A DNA stretch of 64,000 nt from Parcubacteria group bacterium Gr01-1014_13 (GTDB taxonomy: Bacteria > Patescibacteriota > Patescibacteriia > Magasanikbacterales > GWA2-37-8), in the NCBI GenBank assembly GCA_007376295.1, contig VMGB01000001.1:5030-69029 (forward strand), written 5' to 3'. A program made the translations under genes and the position numbers. This document shows positions 46,599-57,550 of the stretch, in pieces. Every line of letters starts with the position of its first letter. The stretch's first letter is position 1. The notes beneath the pieces are model-generated. The model was not told the DNA's origin. It searched no databases and saw nothing but the letters and a program-made list of their open reading frames with translations.

Positions 46599-46907
46599 TT
46601 ATTTACGTTTTGGTTTAGGCGATGATGAAAGTTTGCGAGGAGGTTTGAGCACGAGTTTGGGCTTTGGATTCGAATATCCATTTAGGCATTGTGGACACTC
46701 ATCTCCCAGTTTATACCAATCGTCGCCAGCATCTTTCTGATTTGGTCCGTAGTAGGCGGTTTGACAGCTTTGACACCACAGCTCTTCGTCCATAAAGACA
46801 TCGTCTGATTTACATTTTGGACAGCCAGTATCGGCAGTTTTATTTTTAATAAAAACGCAGTTACAGGCTGCGCACCACCAAATTTTTGCTGGTTTAATTT
46901 TGGCCAT
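46599..46907 (-). CDS. Small Cys-rich (4x CxxC) zinc-ribbon protein with a basic Pro/Lys tail
   Basis: CAACNC, CPKC, CQSC and CPQC pairs; 102 aa. Confidence 0.5.
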   Translation of the reverse strand: MAKIKPAKIWWCAACNCVFIKNKTADTGCPKCKSDDVFMDEELWCQSCQTAYYGPNQKDAGDDWYKLGDECPQCLNGYSNPKPKLVLKPPRKLSSSPKPKRK

Positions 46908-46957
46908 TGGCTACCTTTCTTTTGCAGAAAAATTAACATACTTTTAAGCCCAAGTCA

Positions 46958-47833
46958 ATGTTTAGAGATCGAAAAATTATCTGGGTTGTTATAATATTTT
47001 TTACCCTGCTGCTAGGGTCTGTTTTTTATTTTTACTACAACCAACACCGTCCACATCGTTTTCAAGTAACTTTTTTTGATATCGGCCAAGGCGATGCTTC
47101 TTTAATCCAATTTAATAGTGGTCAAAAAATGTTGGTGGATTGTGGTGCAGACAAAAAAATCTTGGCCAAGCTGGGTCGGGCATTGCCTTTTTATGACCGC
47201 ACCATAGATTATTTATTGGCCACACATCCAGATCTGGATCACTATGGCGGCTGTGTGGATGTATTAAAAAATTATCAGGTAAAAGAAATTATTATAAATG
47301 GCCGAAAAAAAGAAAATGATCCCTATTGGCGTACTTGGGACAAAGCGGTAAAAGATGAACCGGGTGCAATCGTAAAAATAATGGATCAGCCACAAGTTTG
47401 GATAATTGCCAGCTCTACTTTGGAATTTTTGTCTCCCGACAGTTCTTTAGTTTTAGATGTGGCGGCCGATGACAGTAACAATTATTCTATAGTTTTTAGA
47501 TTAAAAAATGACCGAATAAGTTTTTTGTTCAGTGGTGATATGGAAGAACCTTTAGAAAAAGCACTCGTACACAAATATTGTTCACCCTCTTCAACTACTT
47601 GTCCGGCTCTTCAAGCTGATGTGCTTAAGGTCGGTCATCATGGTAGTGATAGTTCTTCGGGTGAAGAGCTTTTAAATTTAGTTCGTCCGCAAACCGCTAT
47701 TATCTCGTCCGGTAAAGATAACCATTACGGCCACCCGTCATTACGTGTATTAAAAAAGTTGCAAAGAGTTGGAGCCGAGATTTTGAGAACAGACCAGAAA
47801 GGTGATATAATGATACCTGTTGACAATAAGTAG
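46958..47833 (+). CDS. Stand-alone metallo-beta-lactamase-fold domain of ComEC type (ComEC C-terminal nuclease-like domain) with an N-terminal TM anchor
   Basis: VTFFDIGQGDASLIQ, LLATHPDLDHYGG, KVGHHGSDSS and NHYGHPS, the ComEC MBL-domain pattern. Confidence 0.8.
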   Translation: MFRDRKIIWVVIIFFTLLLGSVFYFYYNQHRPHRFQVTFFDIGQGDASLIQFNSGQKMLVDCGADKKILAKLGRALPFYDRTIDYLLATHPDLDHYGGCVDVLKNYQVKEIIINGRKKENDPYWRTWDKAVKDEPGAIVKIMDQPQVWIIASSTLEFLSPDSSLVLDVAADDSNNYSIVFRLKNDRISFLFSGDMEEPLEKALVHKYCSPSSTTCPALQADVLKVGHHGSDSSSGEELLNLVRPQTAIISSGKDNHYGHPSLRVLKKLQRVGAEILRTDQKGDIMIPVDNK

Positions 47834-47857
47834 TATCCATGATATTCTATTGATGTA

Positions 47858-47887
47858 AAGCGCTTCAATAAGAAGCTGCTTTTTTTA
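47858..47887 (+). terminator. Rho-independent terminator
   Basis: agcgcttc..gaagctgct hairpin followed by TTTTTTT. Confidence 0.55.
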
Positions 47888-47906
47888 AACCTAAAATTAA
47901 ATAAAT

Positions 47907-49109
47907 ATGTCCGAAATTACAAAAGCGATCCAATTTCTCTGCGACGAAAAAAACCTTCCTTACGACTCCGTAATGGAAGCTATTGAGTTTGCTTTAGCTG
48001 CCGCTTACCGCAAAGATTTCGGTAACAAACAGCAAAATATCAAAGTAAAATTTGATCCAGAATCTGGTGATATGAAAGCTTGGGATATAAAGACTGTGGT
48101 AGAAGATATTGCCGAGGATGTACTTGAAGCCGCTCAAGACGAACTGGCCAAGAGACGCGAAAAAGCCAAAGAAGAAGGCCGTGAATTAACCGAAGAGGAA
48201 ACGGCTGATTTGCCGCACTTTAATCCAAAAATGGAGTTGATGTTAAGTGCTGCTAAAGAAATAAATAAGAAAGTTAAAGTAGGAGAAGTAATGGAAATTC
48301 CTTTAGAAATCCCTAGCGAATTTGGCCGCATGGCTGCTCAAACTGCCAAGCAGGTTATTATCCAAAAAATTCGTGAAGCTGAAAGAGGTATTGTCTTTAA
48401 TGACTTCAAAGGACAAGAAGGACAATTAATAATGGGCACTATTCAACGAGCCGAAGCCCGCAAAGTATTAGTAGATTTCGGTAAAGTTACCGGCGTACTT
48501 TTGGCTGACCAGCAAAATAGTCGAGATCATTATCGCCCTGGCGCTCGCATGAAATTTTTATTGTTAGCTGTACAGATGACTCCGCGCGGTCCAGAAATAC
48601 TTTTGTCACGCAGTGATGTTGGTATGGTACGAGAAATTTTCAAGCAGGAAATTCCCGAAATTAATGATGGCTTGATAGAAATAAAAGGTATTGCCCGCGA
48701 ACCAGGATTCCGCTCCAAGGTTGCGGTTTCTACCAGCGATGAATCAATTGACCCGATTGGTTCTTGTATTGGCCAAAGAGGTAGTAGAATAAATACTATT
48801 ATTGAAGAGTTGGGTGGAGAGAAAATAGATGTTATCCAATACAGCGAGGACGCAAAGACTTACATTTCTCACGCTTTGTCTCCAGCTAAAGTTTTAGATG
48901 TTAAATTGGATGAATCAAACAAGGTGGCCGAAGTCAGCGTGGCCTCAGAACAATTTTCTTTGGCTATTGGACGCAATGGACAGAATGTACGTTTGGCTGC
49001 CCAGCTTACTGGATGGAAAATAAATGTGGTAGACGAGGGTGGCAAGCAAGAAGTTTCCAGTGAAGAAGTAAAAGCCGAAGAAGCAGCCGCAGAAGAAAAA
49101 TCAGAATAA
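47907..49109 (+). CDS. nusA: Transcription termination/antitermination factor NusA
   Basis: N-terminal domain, S1 and two KH domains (IDPIGSCIGQRGSRINTIIEELGGEKIDVIQYSED). Confidence 0.92.
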   Translation: MSEITKAIQFLCDEKNLPYDSVMEAIEFALAAAYRKDFGNKQQNIKVKFDPESGDMKAWDIKTVVEDIAEDVLEAAQDELAKRREKAKEEGRELTEEETADLPHFNPKMELMLSAAKEINKKVKVGEVMEIPLEIPSEFGRMAAQTAKQVIIQKIREAERGIVFNDFKGQEGQLIMGTIQRAEARKVLVDFGKVTGVLLADQQNSRDHYRPGARMKFLLLAVQMTPRGPEILLSRSDVGMVREIFKQEIPEINDGLIEIKGIAREPGFRSKVAVSTSDESIDPIGSCIGQRGSRINTIIEELGGEKIDVIQYSEDAKTYISHALSPAKVLDVKLDESNKVAEVSVASEQFSLAIGRNGQNVRLAAQLTGWKINVVDEGGKQEVSSEEVKAEEAAAEEKSE

Positions 49110-49118
49110 AATAAATAT

Positions 49119-49862
49119 ATGTTTCACACAATCTTATATCAGCCAATATTTAATATCTTTGTCTTTTTGTATAATATTATTCCGGGTCATGATGTGGGAC
49201 TTGTAATTTTGGCTATTACAATATTGGTACGTCTGGCGTTGTATCCGCTTACCGGTTCTTCTATCAAAGCTCAACGGGCTATGCAAGAATTGCAGCCAAA
49301 AATGGCCGCGATAAAAAAACAATACGCTGATGATAAGCAAAAACAGACTCAGGCAATCATGGAGTTGTACAAAACCAACAAAGTAAATCCGATTACTTCT
49401 TGTTTGCCTATGTTAGTCCAATTGCCGATTTTAATCGCTTTGTATATGGTTTTGCAAGACGGGCTAGCTTCGAAGGATTTAGCAAAGTCTTTATACTCCT
49501 TCGTCAGCAATCCAGGCACTATCAATCAGATTTCCTTAGGATTTTTTAATATGGCCAAGCCAAATTACGCTCTGGCCGTTTTGGCCGGTTTGGCTCAATA
49601 CTGGCAAGCCAAAACCTTGAATAGGCAAAATCCACCTAAGGAAGCTGGTGAAGGATCTAAAGATGAAGCGATGATGTCGATGATGAATAAACAAATGCTT
49701 TATTTTATGCCGATCATGACCGTTGTTATTGGTTTTACTCTTCCTGCCGGACTTACTCTGTATTGGTTCTTCAGTACATTACTGATGGCTCTGCAGCAAG
49801 TATGGATGTTCAAAAAATCTAAAACTGATGATAAAATAATCGAGGGTAAAATCATTAAGTAA
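49119..49862 (+). CDS. yidC: Membrane protein insertase YidC/Oxa1 (short form)
   Basis: GLVILAITILVRLALYPLT, SCLPMLVQLPILIALY and a C-terminal basic tail. Confidence 0.9.
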   Translation: MFHTILYQPIFNIFVFLYNIIPGHDVGLVILAITILVRLALYPLTGSSIKAQRAMQELQPKMAAIKKQYADDKQKQTQAIMELYKTNKVNPITSCLPMLVQLPILIALYMVLQDGLASKDLAKSLYSFVSNPGTINQISLGFFNMAKPNYALAVLAGLAQYWQAKTLNRQNPPKEAGEGSKDEAMMSMMNKQMLYFMPIMTVVIGFTLPAGLTLYWFFSTLLMALQQVWMFKKSKTDDKIIEGKIIK

Positions 49863-49871
49863 TAGCTTAAC

Positions 49872-50129
49872 ATGGTTATCAATCTTCATGAATTGTTACA
49901 TCTGCCGGTTTATACAGAATCGGAAGTAAAATTAGGGCGAATTTTTGATTTGGAACTAGATGTTAATACGCAAACTGTAATGCGTTATCTGGTTCGGCAG
50001 AATTTTTTAAGCGCCAGTTATCTTTTGGTTGCCAGCGCACAAGTTAAAGAAATTAAACACGACCGTGTAGTTGTATACGATAGCGTTCTCAAGGCAGAGG
50101 CCGGGGGAGAGCTGGCTTTAGAAGAATAA
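49872..50129 (+). CDS. Small PRC-barrel-like protein (YlmC/YmxH-like), tentative
   Basis: 85 aa in the position after yidC. The pattern ...GRIFDLELDVNTQTVMRYLV is weak evidence. Confidence 0.4.
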   Translation: MVINLHELLHLPVYTESEVKLGRIFDLELDVNTQTVMRYLVRQNFLSASYLLVASAQVKEIKHDRVVVYDSVLKAEAGGELALEE

Positions 50130-50133
50130 GTCT

Positions 50134-51069
50134 ATGGAATCTTCTTCTCTTCATCAATCGGTGGTAAAAACTCTGGCGTATTTTGATTTGGCCGATTATC
50201 CTCTTACCAAAGAGGAACTTTTTTATTTTCTTTGGCAACCACCCGCAATCAGCTATGCAGATTTTTTAAACACTCTAGCCAGTTTAAATTTAGAATCTAA
50301 ATTTGGCTATTATTTTTTGTCCGGACGAGAACAGATTGCCGAAATTCGTCGGCGTAAACTTTTGATTTCGGAACGAAAATTGAAAATCGCCCGTCGGGCA
50401 ATAAAAATTATCCGGTCAGTTCCGTATCTGCGGGCTGTTTTTGTTTGTAATACGGTGGGCGCCCAACAAGCGGATGAAGCTAGCGATATAGATTTTTTTA
50501 TCGTCACGGAAAAAAACAGAATTTGGATCACCAGATTATTTGTCACTTTTTTATTATCATTATTTGGTTTGCGACGTACTGGCAAGCGAGTCAAAGACAA
50601 AATTTGCCTAAGTTTTTATGCGACCACCTCCGGTTTGGATTTGGCCAAGTGGCGAGTGGCGGACGACGATGTGCATTTTGCCTATTGGATAAATCAGATG
50701 CTACCAGTTTTTGACCCGGATAATTATTACACCAAGTTTTTGGAAGCAAATTCATGGACAAAGACATATTTGCCAAATTTAAATCCAGCGCAAACCTCTT
50801 CGTATTTGTCAAAAATTTTTGAATCTAGATTTGGCAAAATCTGGAAAAAAGCTTGGGAAAAAATGTGGGAAGGGAACTATGGAGATATGATAAATAATCA
50901 AGCCAAACAGATACAGTTATCCAAGATGAAATTTTCTGGCAAAGATATTAATAGGGGCGAAGATAAAGGCGTGGTGATATCAGACGACGTTTTAAAATTT
51001 CACGAGAAAGATACGCGTATTGCATATAGGGAACAGTGGAAACAAAAAATTTATGCTGCGCAAAATTGA
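50134..51069 (+). CDS. Hypothetical protein with a nucleotidyltransferase-fold motif
   Basis: GAQQADEASDIDFFIV fits G[SA]x9DxD of Pol-beta-type NTases. No further assignment. Confidence 0.45.
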   Translation: MESSSLHQSVVKTLAYFDLADYPLTKEELFYFLWQPPAISYADFLNTLASLNLESKFGYYFLSGREQIAEIRRRKLLISERKLKIARRAIKIIRSVPYLRAVFVCNTVGAQQADEASDIDFFIVTEKNRIWITRLFVTFLLSLFGLRRTGKRVKDKICLSFYATTSGLDLAKWRVADDDVHFAYWINQMLPVFDPDNYYTKFLEANSWTKTYLPNLNPAQTSSYLSKIFESRFGKIWKKAWEKMWEGNYGDMINNQAKQIQLSKMKFSGKDINRGEDKGVVISDDVLKFHEKDTRIAYREQWKQKIYAAQN

Positions 51070-52324
51070 GAATCTATTAATCCTGTTATTTTTGTTTCTG
51101 TTGCCCTGGCAAACCAGATATATTTGGCAATATGGCCAAATAAATTCTGGCTATTGGGAATATGGAACTTTTAGTATTTACGCCACGGAAATTCTGTTAT
51201 GGGGTATTTTGATTCTGTTTTTTATCCAGCATTTTGTAAAAAAAGAATTTTGGATAAGTTTAAAACAAAAGCCGCCGCGGGGTTTTTTAATGGTACTATT
51301 ATTATCTTTAGCGCTTTCGGTAGCTCTAAGCAGTAATTTTTGGATTTCATATAATTATATATTTCATATTTTAGAGGCGATGGCCCTGATGACAGTGCTG
51401 GTCCGGCAAAATGAAAAAATAAAACTTCAAATTGCTCTTTGGGCTGGAGCGGTAGTGCAGGGTGCGCTAGCTATTTGGCAATTCTTGACCCAACATGTTT
51501 GGGCCAGTAAATGGCTTGGCATGGCTAGCCAGGAAGCTCAAAATTTAGGTCCGAGCGTGATTGAGTTTGCCGACCAAAGATGGTTGCGCGCCTATGGCAG
51601 TTTTGGTTCGCCAAATTCATTGGGTATTTATTTAGCGATTTTGTTTGTGTTGGGCCTAGTTTTGTATCTAAAAGCAGATTCGGCCAAGAAAAAAATTATT
51701 ATTAGCGCCGGACAGCTTTTAATTTTATCTGGATTGCTGGTTTCTTTTTCTCGCGGCGCTTGGCTGGCGGCCGTGGCAGGGGCATTATGTCTGCTAGTCT
51801 TAATATTTTTTAAGCAGAGGCAGTGGCTACAAAGTTTTGGCAAACAAATTGGTTTTGCTTTGGCCGTGATTGTTTTTTGGCTGGTAATTTTTTATCCGGT
51901 TTTTAATGCCAGATTTAATTTTGGTAATCGTTTGGAAGTAAAGTCAATTTCCGAAAGAAAGGGGCAGTATGCCGAGGCAATATCTTTTATCAAATCAAAT
52001 CCGATTTTGGGAGTTGGGCCCGGCGCTTACACTGATGCTTTATATAAAAAATATCCAACTTTGCAGTCTTGGGAGTATCAGCTGATTCATAACATTTATT
52101 TGTTAGCCTTGGTAGAAATTGGTTCGGCGGGTGCTTTATTGTTATTTTTTTTACTTAAACAGCTATTTTCGTTGATTTTAAAAAACAATCTTCTTTATAC
52201 CTCGGTGGTTATAGCTCTGGCCTTGGCCGGGCTGTTCGACCATTGGCTTTGGAGTATGTATACAGGCCTCATATTTTTCTGGGTAATTATAGGGGCCCTA
52301 GTCTTGACAAAACAGGCTGATTAA
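51053..52324 (+). CDS. O-antigen ligase/polymerase (Wzy_C) family membrane protein
   Basis: About 11 TM segments and VSFSRGAWLAAVAGALCLLVL, the Wzy_C signature. The start is taken at the ATG at 51053. Confidence 0.7.
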   Translation: MLRKIENLLILLFLFLLPWQTRYIWQYGQINSGYWEYGTFSIYATEILLWGILILFFIQHFVKKEFWISLKQKPPRGFLMVLLLSLALSVALSSNFWISYNYIFHILEAMALMTVLVRQNEKIKLQIALWAGAVVQGALAIWQFLTQHVWASKWLGMASQEAQNLGPSVIEFADQRWLRAYGSFGSPNSLGIYLAILFVLGLVLYLKADSAKKKIIISAGQLLILSGLLVSFSRGAWLAAVAGALCLLVLIFFKQRQWLQSFGKQIGFALAVIVFWLVIFYPVFNARFNFGNRLEVKSISERKGQYAEAISFIKSNPILGVGPGAYTDALYKKYPTLQSWEYQLIHNIYLLALVEIGSAGALLLFFLLKQLFSLILKNNLLYTSVVIALALAGLFDHWLWSMYTGLIFFWVIIGALVLTKQAD

Positions 52325-52404
52325 TGATATAAAATTTGAGGTCAAAACGTGTCCATTTTGGACCTTTGCTACGTTGGCATTAGGCCCAATGTATTAAAGG
52401 GCCG

Positions 52405-52986
52405 ATGGATGCTAGGGAGCAAAGACAAGTGGATCCGACATTGGGCCAGATAAGCGAGCTTTTCGAACAAATTAAGGCAAAACGGATTAATCAGGAGAAT
52501 CTCCAGGCTTTTCTGCGTAATCCAGATTTGTATCTGAAAAGCGATGTCCCTGTTCCAATCAATGCTGCAAATTTGGTTCCCGGTGATTTGGAAGTTATTC
52601 AGGAAGTCGAACCATCAAAGTTTGAAATTTGGCGTCTCGAGGCAGTTCCTTTTTTTGGACAAGACAAAGATACTAATGCAGAAGAAGAAATTACCACTGA
52701 GGTCTTACGCCAGCGCGCAATTAAACTCAAAGCCAATCTGGGCTTGGCCGACGCGCAGTACATTCTGGGCCATCAAGCTGGTATACCCAACGAGTTTAGG
52801 AAGCACTACTTTGTATTTCTAGGTGCGCACCTGAGGGTGCCTGAAAATGGTTTGGTAGTGGCATTTCTCTATTGGCACCACAGTCGTTGGTTTCTCGGGT
52901 TTCGCCCAGCTGGCGATAGCTGGACAAGAAACGGCAGGCTCCTTCGTATTAAACCTGTTAAATCTACCAATAAAGTCCGACCCTAG
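52405..52986 (+). CDS. Hypothetical protein (193 aa), paralog of 22997..23584
   Basis: Shared motifs NLGL(S/A)DA, IP(V/N)EFR and the aromatic-rich C-terminal block. Confidence 0.55.
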   Translation: MDAREQRQVDPTLGQISELFEQIKAKRINQENLQAFLRNPDLYLKSDVPVPINAANLVPGDLEVIQEVEPSKFEIWRLEAVPFFGQDKDTNAEEEITTEVLRQRAIKLKANLGLADAQYILGHQAGIPNEFRKHYFVFLGAHLRVPENGLVVAFLYWHHSRWFLGFRPAGDSWTRNGRLLRIKPVKSTNKVRP

Positions 52987-53030
52987 TTCGGCGTTCACTT
53001 AGGTGTATAGCCGTTCCAGGGTCTTTTTAT
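52979..53030 (+). terminator. Rho-independent terminator homologous to the one after the paralog
   Basis: Stem gaccct/agggtc with a loop containing gcgttcact (compare cagcgttcact in the 23646..23705 terminator), followed by TTTTT. Confidence 0.55.
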
Positions 53031-53103
53031 TTACCCTTGACAATTTGGCTGTGTTTATAGTAAAATGGCCTCACATTCAGTTATTTTTTAATCTTTAATA
53101 AAT

Positions 53104-55043
<1,940 letters not shown>

Positions 55044-55063
55044 AAATTAAATTAAAAATATTA

Positions 55064-55100
55064 AGGGCATCGACGTTAAGTCGGTGCCCTTTTGTTTTTC
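55064..55100 (+). terminator. Rho-independent terminator after groEL
   Basis: agggcatcgac..gtcggtgccct followed by TTTTGTTTTT. Confidence 0.7.
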
Positions 55101-55106
55101 TCCTTT

Positions 55107-55229
55107 TTAATCCGTTACGCTTTCGTGGCGAACTGGCGTTTGGAAGATCTTTGCGATGATCTGCCAGAAGAGTGAAGCCAGTATTGCCGATAGCATGCCG
55201 ACAGCCAGGATTCCAAGTCCGACCAACAT
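55107..55229 (-). CDS. Possible small hydrophobic peptide (40 aa) with a strong SD. It is below the ORF-track size cutoff.
   Basis: Minus strand reads aaggaggcgatATG TTG GTC GGA CTT...: MLVGLGILAVGMLSAILASLFWQIIAKIFQTPVRHESVTD. Sits in an otherwise unannotated 280-bp gap. Confidence 0.25.
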   Translation of the reverse strand: MLVGLGILAVGMLSAILASLFWQIIAKIFQTPVRHESVTD

Positions 55230-55324
55230 ATCGCCTCCTTGTGCTTTAGAAATTACCACAGAGCCGTAATTGTGTCAAAAGACCCGATTGCCAAGCATAA
55301 AATTATGATGTAAAATTACAACGT

Positions 55325-55816
55325 ATGTTTCAATCTGTAATTTCAGCATTTTCCGGTTTTCCTCCTGAGCTAGCCGTATTTTTGGTAGCTATGACTCCTG
55401 TTTTGGAACAAAGAGTAGCTTTGCCAATGGCCATTATTGCTTTTAACATGCCTGTTTGGGAGGCCCTGCTCATTACTTTGGCCGGCAATCTTTTGCCTAT
55501 AACCGCATTGCTGTATTTTGCCGATAATTTTCATGAATGGGTGAACAAAAATTCCGGCACATTTTTTGGTAAATCTTGGCTAAAGAGTTTACACCACGCT
55601 CAGCAAAAGTTCGCCCGTTATGAAAAATATGGATTACTTGGGCTAGCCTTGTTTATTGCCCTGCCAATTCCGGGGAGCGGAATTTTTACCGGCACGATGA
55701 TCGCGTTTTTAATGGGTGTGCCTTTCAAACATTCTCTGCCATATATCTGGGCAGCGGTAATCGGCTCATCATTTGTAACGATGTTTATCTCAATAGGCAT
55801 TGATAAAGTATTTTAG
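55325..55816 (+). CDS. Small membrane protein of the COG2426 / putative small multidrug export (Sm_multidrug_ex) family
   Basis: PELAVFLVAMTPVLEQRVALPMAIIAF and 4 TM segments. Confidence 0.65.
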   Translation: MFQSVISAFSGFPPELAVFLVAMTPVLEQRVALPMAIIAFNMPVWEALLITLAGNLLPITALLYFADNFHEWVNKNSGTFFGKSWLKSLHHAQQKFARYEKYGLLGLALFIALPIPGSGIFTGTMIAFLMGVPFKHSLPYIWAAVIGSSFVTMFISIGIDKVF

Positions 55817-55819
55817 AAT

Positions 55820-56896
55820 ATGTCCTTAGAAGACCTGAAGGAGCTGCAGGTGAAAATAACAGACACAAAAAAACTTCTCAATATCGAAGATTTGCAAAAA
55901 AAATTAGAGCAACTGGCAAATGAAATGAATGCGCCAGATTTTTGGAATAACCAAGAAAACGCGCAGGCGATAAGCCAAGATTATCAGGATATAAAAAAAG
56001 AAGTAGAAAAATTTGTTGATCTGGAAAAAAGGACAAATGATTTGTTGGAGTTGGCAAGTTCAGGAGATGAGTCTTTGTCCGATGAAATAGTCCAGCAGAC
56101 AAAGAAATTGGCCAAAGAATTTTCCGAGTATGAATTGTACGTCTTATTAAACGGTCCATATGATAAAAATAGCGCCATTATCGCTATCCATGCCGGCAGC
56201 GGCGGCACTGAAGCTCAAGACTGGGCCGAAATGTTGTTGCGGATGGTAATGCGATTTTGTGACAAGATGGGTTGGAAAACAAAAGTGGTAGATGAATCAC
56301 GCGGCGCTGAGGCTGGGTACAAATCTATTATGTTTGAAGTCAAAGGACGTTTTGCTTTTGGTTATTTAAAATCCGAACATGGCGTGCATCGTCTAGTGCG
56401 TATCTCTCCTTTTGATGCGGAAAAAATGCGCCATACTTCTTTTGCGCTGATTGAAGTTTTGCCCGAGCTGGATGATGCTATTAAAATCGATATCGATCCT
56501 AAAGATATTCGTATAGACACTTTTATGGCCGGTGGCCACGGCGGACAAAGCGTTAACACCACTTATTCGGCGGTACGCATTGTGCACGTGCCAACTGGTA
56601 TTACCGTTTCTTGTCAAAACGAAAGATCTCAACAGCAAAACAAAGACATGGCCATGAAGGTTTTGAAAGCTAAACTCCATCGCTTAGAAGAAGAACAAAA
56701 AGCCAAAGAACGCAAAGAGTTACGCGGCGAATATAAATCAGCTGAATGGGGAAATCAGATCCGTTCATATGTTTTGCATCCATATCATTTGGTAAAAGAT
56801 CATCGCACCGAATATGAGTCTGCTGATCCCGAGTCTGTGTTAGAAGGTGAGCTGTTGCCGCTATCTGAAGCGTATTTGCGTTGGATAAAGAAATAG
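55820..56896 (+). CDS. prfB: Peptide chain release factor 2, a single uninterrupted ORF with no programmed +1 frameshift
   Basis: RISPFD (SPF motif) and GGHGGQSVNTT (GGQ). The N-terminal region is continuous in frame. Confidence 0.92.
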   Translation: MSLEDLKELQVKITDTKKLLNIEDLQKKLEQLANEMNAPDFWNNQENAQAISQDYQDIKKEVEKFVDLEKRTNDLLELASSGDESLSDEIVQQTKKLAKEFSEYELYVLLNGPYDKNSAIIAIHAGSGGTEAQDWAEMLLRMVMRFCDKMGWKTKVVDESRGAEAGYKSIMFEVKGRFAFGYLKSEHGVHRLVRISPFDAEKMRHTSFALIEVLPELDDAIKIDIDPKDIRIDTFMAGGHGGQSVNTTYSAVRIVHVPTGITVSCQNERSQQQNKDMAMKVLKAKLHRLEEEQKAKERKELRGEYKSAEWGNQIRSYVLHPYHLVKDHRTEYESADPESVLEGELLPLSEAYLRWIKK

Positions 56897-56900
56897 TTTT

Positions 56901-57500
56901 GTGAAAATTGTTGATCAAGAAAATTTATCTGAAGCAGTCGAGGCTTTGCAAAATGGTCAGACTGTTGTTTTTCCCACCGAAACTTCATATGGACTGGGTT
57001 GTGATGCGACCAATCAAGATGCGGTAGATGAAATTTTTAAAATAAAACAAAGAAAAAGTGATAAACCACTTTTAGTTGTTGTTCCTAATATCGAAATGGC
57101 AAAAAAATATTTAGTGTGGAATGATTTGTTGGAAGATTTATCAAAAAAATATTGGCCCGGTCCGCTTACGATAGTAGGGGAATGGAATAAAAAAGAAAAT
57201 TTGGCTACAGGTGTGGTTGCTGCGGATAATACCATTGCGGTACGTGTCACTAATTTTCCGCTTACCAAATTTTTATCTGAAAAATTAAACAAACCTCTAG
57301 TAGCCACTTCGGCCAATCTGGCCGATGCCGGCGATGTCTATGATTCCAAGCAGATTTTGGCTATGTTTTCGGATAAATCTGTTAAACCTGATATACTTAT
57401 AGATGGGGGAGAATTACCCCAAAATCCGCCCACTACCATCGTGAGCGTGATTGATAATAATTTAAAAATTTTACGACAGGGCCAGATCAAAATCAATTAA
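56901..57500 (+). CDS. tsaC: L-threonylcarbamoyladenylate synthase (YrdC/TsaC), GTG start
   Basis: VVFPTETSYGLGCDA and PLLVVV. Confidence 0.85.
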   Translation: MKIVDQENLSEAVEALQNGQTVVFPTETSYGLGCDATNQDAVDEIFKIKQRKSDKPLLVVVPNIEMAKKYLVWNDLLEDLSKKYWPGPLTIVGEWNKKENLATGVVAADNTIAVRVTNFPLTKFLSEKLNKPLVATSANLADAGDVYDSKQILAMFSDKSVKPDILIDGGELPQNPPTTIVSVIDNNLKILRQGQIKIN

Positions 57501-57550
57501 ATCCGGGCATAAATAGAATTAAATTCGGGGATAAACACCCTCGACTGTTT

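Larger units (their letters stand above)
52340..53040. other. Third GC-enriched island (about 50% GC) carrying the paralog of the 22997..23584 gene plus a homologous terminator
   Basis: Composition and paralogy read directly. Confidence 0.5.

Noticed and set aside
56000-56100. Looked for a programmed +1 frameshift (CTT TGA C) in prfB
   Set aside because: The N-terminal region is continuous in frame; no internal TGA.
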